From NCBI GenBank assembly GCA_045656345.1, contig JAZOQZ010000002.1:16260-48259 (forward strand): a stretch of 32,000 nt of DNA, given 5' to 3'. This document shows positions 23,534 to 30,425 of the stretch, piece after piece. The notes beneath the pieces were generated by a model. It did no database searches and was not told the origin of the DNA. It saw only the letters and a program-made list of their open reading frames with translations. The position numbers and the translations under genes are program-made. Position 1 is the first letter of the stretch, and the number at the start of each line of letters is the position of its first letter. The DNA is from Clostridia bacterium (GTDB lineage Bacteria > Bacillota > Clostridia > UMGS1840).

Positions 23534-24919
23534 ATGAAAACAATTTTTTTCTTTTGTATTCCGGCGCACGGACACACCAATCCCATGCTTCCTGTTGCAA
23601 AAGAATTGGTGCAAAGAGGAAATATGGTCCGATTTTATTCGTTTTGCGAATTCCGGGAAAAAATAGAGCAAACAGGAGCAGAATTTGTCTCCTGCGATTC
23701 GTATTTACTTCAACTGGATGAGCACGCAGAACAAAAACTAAAGGAAGTTTCCACCACGGAAATGACTGTGCAGGCAATTGCCATCACCCGCAATATGGAC
23801 GGTTTTTTAGATGGTGAATTCAAAACCTATCAGCCGGATGTGATATACACAGATTCCGTTTGTTTCTGGGGAAAACTGAACGCCCTAAAACATAAGGTGC
23901 CCATGGTGGTTTCCACCAGCACTTTTGCGTTTAATCAGTTGTCTTCCCAATATATGAAACATTCCAAAAAGGAACTGGCGGATATGATTTTTGGGCTATC
24001 CAGAGTTGCTAAGGAATTAAAATCTCTGGAGCCATACGGCTATCACGTGAAGAATCCGCTGTCCTTGGTGCAAAGTGACAACCATACCGATTCTGTGGTA
24101 TATACCTCACGAAGATTCCAACCCTATGCGGAAAGCTTTTCTGCACATTATGCATTTGTGGGACCTTCCGTTTTTTCCAAGCTTGCAGCGGACAAAACCA
24201 AAAATCGACCCCTCGTGTATATCTCGCTGGGTACCGTTATCAACGACAGACCTGATTTTTACAGAACCTGCATCAGCGCTTTGGGGAATCAGAATCTGGA
24301 TGTTGTGATTTCCTGCGGAAATGCAATAACACGGGAATCCCTTGGGGAGATTCCTGATAATTTTCAGGTATTTGCTTCCGTGAACCAGTTGGATGTTTTG
24401 TCAAAAGCGGATGTGTTTCTCAGCCATTGCGGAATGAACAGCGTTTCGGAAAGCCTTTATATGGGAACACCTCTTGTGTTATATCCTCAAACTGCGGAGC
24501 AGAAAGCCGTGGCAAGAAGAGTAACGGAAATTGGTGCCGGTAAGATGCTTTCTGATGATTCAGCAGAGGGTATCCGACTGACTGTTCTGGAACTGCTGGA
24601 AAATCCTGTATATCAAGAAGGTGCCGAAAGCTGCGGCAAAGATTTTCGCAATTGCTCCGGACCATCCGGTGCAGCAGAGTTTATTGAAACGGCACCTCAC
24701 ACAACGGAAGGCACTGATATTTTGGAAACATTAAATCAATTTGGAAAGTATTTTCAGCTGATTTACTGGATGTTAGTGATTGTTATCATCAATCTGATTG
24801 GATTTTTTGTGGGTTGGGATTTTATTTGGGTAATCGGAATCCTGGCGGGATTTTTTTCTGCTCCCATCGGAAGACTTATGCAAAGTGTAAAATACCAATC
24901 TTTGATTAAGCGAAAGTAA
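23534..24919 (+). CDS. GT1/MGT-family UDP-glycosyltransferase (macrolide glycosyltransferase-like) with extra C-terminal two-helix membrane tail
   Basis: N-terminus IPAHGHTNPMLPVAKELVQRGNMV and donor-binding signature SHCGMNSVSESLYMGTPLVLYPQTAEQ. The last ~56 aa contain YFQLIYWMLVIVIINLIGFFVGWDFIWVIGILAGFF. Confidence 0.85.
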   Translation: MKTIFFFCIPAHGHTNPMLPVAKELVQRGNMVRFYSFCEFREKIEQTGAEFVSCDSYLLQLDEHAEQKLKEVSTTEMTVQAIAITRNMDGFLDGEFKTYQPDVIYTDSVCFWGKLNALKHKVPMVVSTSTFAFNQLSSQYMKHSKKELADMIFGLSRVAKELKSLEPYGYHVKNPLSLVQSDNHTDSVVYTSRRFQPYAESFSAHYAFVGPSVFSKLAADKTKNRPLVYISLGTVINDRPDFYRTCISALGNQNLDVVISCGNAITRESLGEIPDNFQVFASVNQLDVLSKADVFLSHCGMNSVSESLYMGTPLVLYPQTAEQKAVARRVTEIGAGKMLSDDSAEGIRLTVLELLENPVYQEGAESCGKDFRNCSGPSGAAEFIETAPHTTEGTDILETLNQFGKYFQLIYWMLVIVIINLIGFFVGWDFIWVIGILAGFFSAPIGRLMQSVKYQSLIKRK

Positions 24920-24940
24920 GATTAATATTTTGAGATTTGT

Positions 24941-25026
24941 TTGCCTTCTTAAGGTTCAAGTCCTGTATGAAAAAAAGAGCCATCCATTTTATGGATGACT
25001 CTTTTATTTGGTCGAGGTGACAGGAC
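24941..25026. repeat. 86-bp perfect direct repeat, copy 1 (terminator hairpin plus the last 18 nt of tRNA-Pro, without the rest of the tRNA)
   Basis: Identical base for base to 25143-25228 by direct comparison. Confidence 0.95.
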
Positions 25027-25100
25027 GCGGTCGCACAAGTGCGCCCTGGTTGCTCGGCGACCCAAAGGCGTTGCCTTTCGGTACCCGCCTTGCGCACCAA
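25027..25100. repeat. REP-like structured element, copy C (core GCGGTCGCACAAGTGCGCCCTGG; hairpins GGTCGC..GCGACC and AAAGGC-GTT-GCCTTT)
   Basis: Shares the G-Y-R-CAC-AA-GT-R-C palindromic core with copies A and B. It forms most of the 116-bp spacer between the two 86-bp repeats. Confidence 0.45.
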
Positions 25101-25142
25101 CTTCGCTAAAAACTTGCCGCAGGCAACTTTTTTAAACGCTCG

Positions 25143-25228
25143 TTGCCTTCTTAAGGTTCAAGTCCTGTATGAAAAAAAGAGCCATCCATTTTATGGATGA
25201 CTCTTTTATTTGGTCGAGGTGACAGGAC
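25143..25228. repeat. 86-bp perfect direct repeat, copy 2 (overlaps the 3' end of the intact tRNA-Pro)
   Basis: Identical to 24941-25026. Confidence 0.95.
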
Positions 25229-25287
25229 TTGAACCTGCGGCATCTTGGTCCCAAACCAAGCACTCTACCAAACTGAGCTACACCTCG
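25211..25287 (-). tRNA. tRNA-Pro (anticodon UGG), CCA encoded
   Basis: Minus strand reads CGAGGTG-TAGCTCAGTTTGGTAGAGTG-CTTGG-TTTGGGA-CCAAG-ATGCC-GCAGGTTCAAGTCCTGT-CACCTCG-A-CCA. It forms a clean cloverleaf with a 7-bp acceptor stem and a GTTCAAGTC T-loop. Confidence 0.93.
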
Positions 25288-25300
25288 AAAGCCAAAAGCT

Positions 25301-25329
25301 ATTATACAATACTTTTGGCTTCTTGTCAA
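25301..25329 (-). promoter_or_regulatory. consensus sigma-A promoter for tRNA-Pro
   Basis: Minus strand reads TTGACA, 17 nt, TATAAT, ending about 13 nt before the mature tRNA 5' end. The -10 lies in the loop of the hairpin AGCCAAAAG..CTTTTGGCT (25290-25320). Confidence 0.7.
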
Positions 25330-25359
25330 GAGAATTCTTTGAAACAGACCTACGATTGA

Positions 25360-26154
25360 TCAGTTTCCAAAAGCAGCGTTATATCCTCCGATGTCAGCCC
25401 CTAATTCACAGGTGTAAAGCCATTCGATTTGATCGCCGTCTTTTAACTGATATCGTGAACATCCGTAATTGGGGAACCAACCGTTTACCCGATACATCCA
25501 TCCTGAAAGTTCTCCGCAGTCAAACTCGTAAAGGTTTGCAATGCCTTCGATATAGGAACTGTTATATAGTGGTGTGTGTTCAAATTCCATGTGAATCCCA
25601 TTTTGTCTTGCTTCACGAAGGAGCACATCAAACACGCTTTCTCCGTCATAGAAGACGACTGTCCGTTCTGCATAGATAACTCCGTCTTCCGGCACCAGCT
25701 CCACCTTCTGTGGTTCTAACCATTCCATATGCTGAAGAATACTGTCACAACGAACAGACAGTGTGCAGGTCAGCACTTGGTCGGATACAACAACATCCTG
25801 GGGTTCCACGGGGACGGGTTTTCCTTCGGGAACAGGGTCGGTAAGATATTTGTCTTTTCCGGTTTCCTCATCAATTACCATACCGTTTTTGACAGAGGTA
25901 ACTTCATTTTCTTGCGTAGTGTCCGAGACGGATTCCTGTTCCAAAGTAAGTTTCTCTGCTTTGATTGCGGATGAATCATCATTGGGTTGCTCTGACGGGG
26001 CAGGGGTAGGAGCATCGGTTGCAACAGATACAGTCTTCTGAGGCTTTGGATTCCAACCGCGAAGTCCCGGTGAATTACCGCCGTACCAAAAGGAAAAGGC
26101 AAGGATTGCTGAGATGAGTATAGCAAATATGATTTTTGTTTTGTGCTTTTTCAA
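25360..26154 (-). CDS. membrane-anchored DUF4430 (transcobalamin-like beta-domain) protein
   Basis: TTG start after AAAGGA and an N-terminal TM anchor (IIFAILISAILAFSFWY). A linker containing KDKYLTDPVPEGKPVPVEPQ precedes the C-terminal domain ending ..FDCGELSGWMYRVNGWFPNYGCSRYQLKDGDQIEWLYTCELGADIG. Confidence 0.8.
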   Translation of the reverse strand: MKKHKTKIIFAILISAILAFSFWYGGNSPGLRGWNPKPQKTVSVATDAPTPAPSEQPNDDSSAIKAEKLTLEQESVSDTTQENEVTSVKNGMVIDEETGKDKYLTDPVPEGKPVPVEPQDVVVSDQVLTCTLSVRCDSILQHMEWLEPQKVELVPEDGVIYAERTVVFYDGESVFDVLLREARQNGIHMEFEHTPLYNSSYIEGIANLYEFDCGELSGWMYRVNGWFPNYGCSRYQLKDGDQIEWLYTCELGADIGGYNAAFGN

Positions 26155-26172
26155 TCCGGTTCACATCCTTTT

Positions 26173-28188
26173 TTACTGCATTTGCAGAAAACGCATGATA
26201 ATCGTTGCCACCTGAGCACGAGTTGCAGTATCTTTGGGAGATAAGGTGGCGTGATTGGTACCATTCAGTAAAGAGACAGCGTTTGCCCACCGGATGGCAT
26301 CCAGTGCCCAGTCGCTCACATCGTTTTTATCTGCGTATATTTCAAGATCGGAACTACCTGAAACATCCATTCCTTGCATCTTTGCGTAACGCTGGAGCAT
26401 CAGAGCCATTTGTTCACGGGTAACCTCTTGATTGGGCATAAATTCTGTTTCGTTTACACCGTTTACGATATTGTTTGTAACTGCCCAGGCCACTGCATCA
26501 GCGTACCAGCTATCTTCCGATACATCTGAAAAATTGTGAATCGCTTCTGTTTTTTCGGAGGAGTGCATTCTGTAAAGGGTTGTCACAAGCATGGCTCTTG
26601 TCATCTTCGTGTTTGGTTCAAAGCCATTGTCGGTGCCTTGCATCAGATTGTTTTCATACACATATTTTACGGATTCGTAATACCAGTCATTTTTTTGAAC
26701 ATCTGCGAAAGTAGTATCAGTCATTTCAAAGACTTCTGTGTTTTCAGATGTTGTTTGTTCTGTTTCGGGCTGTTCTGTCTCCTGTTGTGTCAGATTATTT
26801 TCTGTGGAGAGGGAATCTTCTGCTTCGGGTTCCTGGTAATCTTCCTCGTAAACGGAATTTTCGGGTTCTTCTTCTATGATGGCATTGTCCCAATCTTCAG
26901 GCTCTTCATCTGCTATTACATCGTCCCAAATTTCCGGTTCATCTTCTACGATATCATCATCGTCGGTTTCTTCTTGGTTTTCATCTTGCAGCATAGTGAC
27001 ATCCGTCATATCGTAAAGAGTGGTTTTTCCTTCCAGAAAACGGATATAGGAAACCAATGCGTACTCGCCTTGTTCTGTTGCCATACCATTTAAGCCACTA
27101 CTCGGAAGATGCTCAAAACCACCACCGTCAACAGCAAACATACATAGCGCATCTACAACGGAAATCCCGTTTTTGATGAAGCGTTCCTCTGTTTCGGGGT
27201 CAATTCCGAGTGTGGTCAATGCAACAATCACCTGAGCACAGGACTCGCTGCAAATACCGTCGATGGAACCAAAAGCTCCATTTTCATATTGAACTTCAGA
27301 AAGGTAACTCAGCGCAGTTTCCACGGCTTCTGCAACCTGGGGATTGGTATCGCAATAGGGAGCAAGTGCCGTAATCGCCATCCCTGTCATATCAGGGTCG
27401 GAGGTCTGTCCATAAATGGACCAGCCACCGTCAGGAAGTTGTTTTTCCAGAATATAGGAGATGATATCTTCTCTGGTTGCCTGAGTGTCTTCGTTGGAGT
27501 TTTGGGGAATTTCATAACCATAACTATCTAAGGCGATAAGAGCCCAGATGGGACCGTTCACCCCTTGTCTTTTTAAGTAACTCATATCGGAAAGTCCGCA
27601 AAGCAGATTATGTCCATCCACATTGGTCACATCATATCCTAATGAGGTAAGTGCAAGAATTACCCTGGAATTTTCCGTGGATTTCGCTCTGTGAAGCTGC
27701 CCTTTGTCATTGATATTTTCATTCACAAAGTTCACCACGTTTTCGTAGTATCCCTCCGGACATTCCCTGCCGGAACGGGTAAGGGCAATTACCATCCATT
27801 CTCCGCCAACAGAACCCACATTGGGGATTCCAAGCTGAGAAATATACTCGGCAGTTGCTTCGTAAACAGACAGATAATCGATGTTGGCTAATTCTTCATA
27901 CAACACTGCGATGACTGCTTCCGCATCGGTTAAACTATCAATATTTTCAACCAATTCTTTGTGAGAATCGGGTAATTCTTCGTATGCATCCCGAGCATCT
28001 TTGATTTTATTTCCTGCGTGGATGGTAACCTCGCCGATGGCATCAATTTTTTCCATCACCGCATTGATACTATTATAATCTATTTCTTCGGTGACAATAT
28101 CATTTTCCACAACTTCCTCTGATGCCAGAACGGGAACTGCATAAAACAGCATTGCCAAAAGAAGCAGAACACTAACAATTTTCTTCAT
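26173..28188 (-). CDS. secreted alpha/alpha-toroid (prenyltransferase/terpene-cyclase-like repeat) protein with acidic linker and three C-terminal SLH domains
   Basis: Signal peptide with AGGAAAGGA RBS. Repeat motifs GGEWMVIALTRSG, NGPIWALIALDS, DGGWSIYGQTSDPDMTGMAITAL, NGAFGS and DGGGFEH. Acidic EPE-x-WD repeats, then SLH repeats (FADVQKNDWYYESVKYV.., FSDVSEDSWYADAVAWA.., ..VSDWALDAIRWA..). Confidence 0.75.
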   Translation of the reverse strand: MKKIVSVLLLLAMLFYAVPVLASEEVVENDIVTEEIDYNSINAVMEKIDAIGEVTIHAGNKIKDARDAYEELPDSHKELVENIDSLTDAEAVIAVLYEELANIDYLSVYEATAEYISQLGIPNVGSVGGEWMVIALTRSGRECPEGYYENVVNFVNENINDKGQLHRAKSTENSRVILALTSLGYDVTNVDGHNLLCGLSDMSYLKRQGVNGPIWALIALDSYGYEIPQNSNEDTQATREDIISYILEKQLPDGGWSIYGQTSDPDMTGMAITALAPYCDTNPQVAEAVETALSYLSEVQYENGAFGSIDGICSESCAQVIVALTTLGIDPETEERFIKNGISVVDALCMFAVDGGGFEHLPSSGLNGMATEQGEYALVSYIRFLEGKTTLYDMTDVTMLQDENQEETDDDDIVEDEPEIWDDVIADEEPEDWDNAIIEEEPENSVYEEDYQEPEAEDSLSTENNLTQQETEQPETEQTTSENTEVFEMTDTTFADVQKNDWYYESVKYVYENNLMQGTDNGFEPNTKMTRAMLVTTLYRMHSSEKTEAIHNFSDVSEDSWYADAVAWAVTNNIVNGVNETEFMPNQEVTREQMALMLQRYAKMQGMDVSGSSDLEIYADKNDVSDWALDAIRWANAVSLLNGTNHATLSPKDTATRAQVATIIMRFLQMQ

Positions 28189-28212
28189 GAGATTGGTTCC
28201 TTTCCTGATTTA

Positions 28213-29274
28213 TCAATTTACAATATATGCTTCACAAAGGGGCATACAGGTTGTAAAGCCATCCCACAACATAATCTTATCATTGGAAGAAAGTGTGATA
28301 TCGGAATCAATGGGAACAATCATCACATTTTCACCGCTTGTTTTTTTGGTGGTCAGGGGAATTGGTTTTATAAGGTTTAATTGATCGTTTTCATAATCTG
28401 CCAAAATTAAGGTAATATTGGCACCTTCTTCGGGGAATGTGATATACACAAAATCTCCGTCATAGCCTGTGATTTCAAAATCTGAAACCGTGGCGGTGAA
28501 AAAAGTATCTTCAATGTAGCTGGTGAGGATTGTTTCCTGTTCTGTCAGTTCCGAAGCACTTGCCAAAGGATTGGCAGCTACCGAAAGTGCAGTTTCATAC
28601 ACATCGTCGGTATCAAGATTTCCATAATAATCATTGATTGCAGCCAAGAGGAAAATCAGGTCAGATTTATCTTCCTGAATAAATAAATTTCCACCCATCC
28701 ATTCTGCCATCGCATTGTTAGCAAATCCACAATCACAGCCATAACCTTTGACGGTAAAATGCCATCGAATCACATCGCCGAGAATCACCGTTTCGCCGGA
28801 GTTGTAATCAACAATTGCATCCCCCGGATATGCATCCGATGCCCCCCAGGATGCCCACCAGTCATTCATGGTATAGCACCAACCGGACATCCAGCTATAA
28901 TCGAATTCCTCCAAATAACCGTTTCCGTCTCCTAAACCGTCAAATTCCCAGATGTAGTCTTCCAGATATTCGGGATATTGGGGTTCAATAGTATCGTCAA
29001 ATTCAAATCCGCTGAAATAAGAGGTGTCCCCCGTATAACCAATGTTCTTTTTGGTAAGAACCTCTACTGTAATATCGCCAACTGATTTTCCTTCTTTGGC
29101 ATATAAAGACGGTTCTACCAGAAAACCCTGACCGAGATTATACGCTTCCACGGTGATAGCACCATAGTTTTCTCTCAGATCGTCTAAAGTCATTGTGTTG
29201 GCAAATGTTGCAAGAGGGGAACAGGTAATCAGCATTACCAAAAGAATCAGAATACTTATAAATTTGTTGTTCAT
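28213..29274 (-). CDS. secreted protein with an N-terminal DUF4430-like domain plus C-terminal domain(s) of unknown function
   Basis: AAGGAGA RBS and signal peptide (ISILILLVMLITCSPLATFA). ..ITVEAYNLGQGFLVEPSLYAKEGKSVGDITVEVL.. through ..SGWCYTMNDWWASWGASDAYPGDAIVDYNSGETVILGDVIRWHFT.. follows the DUF4430 pattern. Confidence 0.7.
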   Translation of the reverse strand: MNNKFISILILLVMLITCSPLATFANTMTLDDLRENYGAITVEAYNLGQGFLVEPSLYAKEGKSVGDITVEVLTKKNIGYTGDTSYFSGFEFDDTIEPQYPEYLEDYIWEFDGLGDGNGYLEEFDYSWMSGWCYTMNDWWASWGASDAYPGDAIVDYNSGETVILGDVIRWHFTVKGYGCDCGFANNAMAEWMGGNLFIQEDKSDLIFLLAAINDYYGNLDTDDVYETALSVAANPLASASELTEQETILTSYIEDTFFTATVSDFEITGYDGDFVYITFPEEGANITLILADYENDQLNLIKPIPLTTKKTSGENVMIVPIDSDITLSSNDKIMLWDGFTTCMPLCEAYIVN

Positions 29275-29367
29275 TTGAAATTCTCCTTTTTATTATTTAT
29301 GGGAAATAGCGTCTTGGTAACATCACGTTTTATTTCTGAATACGCCTCCTTGTTTTTACCGCAGATA

Positions 29368-29408
29368 ATAAAAAAACTGCGGCAATTTTGAATTCAAAAT
29401 TGCCACAG
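29368..29408 (-). terminator. intrinsic terminator in the leader (riboswitch expression platform)
   Basis: Minus strand has CTGTGGCAATTTT-GAATTC-AAAATTGCCGCAG (13-bp stem with one G-U pair) followed by TTTTTTT. It lies about 95 nt upstream of ATG 29274. Confidence 0.8.
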
Positions 29409-29507
29409 CAGAGTGTTTCTGTGAACTTCATATTTTGTTTTTCTCAAAAAAGAAAAACAAAACTATTATTCCTGTGCAAATCCTCCAGGCACATTGACGG
29501 AACAACA

Positions 29508-29700
29508 TCAAAGCAGGTCTTCTGACTCATATCTCATAACGTTCATTCTTTAGTCTTCTCAGTTTCCCAATGACCGGCTTTCGCCCTGTGCCGAATTCGG
29601 CAGAATGAACTGGATACATACAGCGACTGGTATCGTCCGGGATTCGCACCCGGTTCCCTTTTCATCTGCAGTGCCAAACGGCAGGGCAGACACTTTGTAT
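29508..29700 (-). promoter_or_regulatory. cobalamin (B12) riboswitch aptamer
   Basis: Minus strand has the conserved core AAAAGGGAACCGGGTGCGAATCCCGGACGATACCAGTCGCTGTA, ..TTGGGAAAC.. and the B12 box AGTCAGAAGACCTGC (29513-29527). Boundaries are approximate. Confidence 0.85.
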
Positions 29701-29721
29701 GAATTATTTTGTTGTATCAAA

Positions 29722-29750
29722 AGCATAGCATAGATATTCTTTGTTGTCAA
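29722..29750 (-). promoter_or_regulatory. sigma-A promoter driving the riboswitch operon
   Basis: Minus strand reads TTGACA, 17 nt, TATGCT, immediately upstream of the aptamer. Confidence 0.6.
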
Positions 29751-29798
29751 GCGGAAAAAATTTTCTTTTGGAAAAAACTCTAATTTTTGTAAAAACTA

Positions 29799-29827
29799 TT
29801 GAACTTTTAGCAAGGATATGGTATAAT
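29799..29827 (+). promoter_or_regulatory. sigma-A promoter (extended -10) for the NuoE/NuoF-like operon
   Basis: TTGAAC, 17 nt, (TGG)TATAAT. Confidence 0.6.
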
Positions 29828-29933
29828 ATTTATGCATATTGTATAAATTGCAACAATTACTGAGTTAAAAAATGTGATATATACCCAAATGGTGTGATTT
29901 TTCGCACCGATTGTGCAGAAGGAGGATCTAATT

Positions 29934-30425
29934 ATGGCTCACATTAGTGAAGCGGGAGTGAAGAAAATTTGCGAAATCTGTGACAGATACGCAAACGAAA
30001 AAACTCCGCTGATGATGATTTTAAGTGACATTCAGAATGAATACGGTTACATTCCGTTGGATGTGCAACAGATTGTGTCGGATAAAACCGGCATTTCGGT
30101 TGCAGAGATTTACGGCGTGGTAACCTTCTATTCTTTCTTCTCTTTAGAACCGAAAGGAAAATATGTAATCGGCTGCTGTATGGGTACTGCTTGTTATGTA
30201 AAAGGTGCTCAGCTGGTAATGGACAAATTCTCCGAAATTTTAGGCATTGCTCCCGGCGAAACCACCGCTGACGGATTATTTACCATTGATGCTCTGCGTT
30301 GTATCGGTGCTTGCGGTATTGCTCCGGCGGTAACCATCAATGGGAAAGTGTATCCTAAATTGTCGGTGGATCAGGTTCCCGGCATTGTGGCAGAATATAA
30401 AGCTTTAGGAGGTGCCAACCAATGA
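29934..30425 (+). CDS. NuoE-like [2Fe-2S] thioredoxin-fold subunit (HydC/HndA-type) of a NAD(P)H-linked hydrogenase/dehydrogenase
   Basis: Start at ATG 29934 after GAAGGAGG; the ORF-track start at 29913 is less likely. Cys motifs GCCMGTACYVKG and LRCIGACGIAPA. Confidence 0.88.
   Translation: MAHISEAGVKKICEICDRYANEKTPLMMILSDIQNEYGYIPLDVQQIVSDKTGISVAEIYGVVTFYSFFSLEPKGKYVIGCCMGTACYVKGAQLVMDKFSEILGIAPGETTADGLFTIDALRCIGACGIAPAVTINGKVYPKLSVDQVPGIVAEYKALGGANQ

Noticed and set aside
25027-25142. The 116-bp spacer between the 86-bp repeats might be the decayed 5' part of a second tRNA-Pro gene.
   Set aside because: I compared 25027-25085 by eye with the corresponding 59 nt of the intact tRNA and saw no similarity. 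No D-arm or anticodon arm can be drawn. The spacer instead carries the REP-like palindromic core.
24906-25329. Two minus-strand ORFs (24906-25100 and 25132-25329) share the peptide CHLDQIKESSIKWMALFFIQDLNLKKA and look like paralogous small genes.
   Set aside because: The shared peptide is simply the translation of the 86-bp direct repeat (terminator hairpin plus tRNA 3' end). One ORF runs through the tRNA-Pro gene. Neither has an RBS, so both are artefacts.
23192-29760. The region next to tRNA-Pro might be a prophage or integrative element.
   Set aside because: No integrase, recombinase, transposase, phage structural gene or conjugation gene is visible in any frame. Only the att-like duplication remains, so at most it is a scar.
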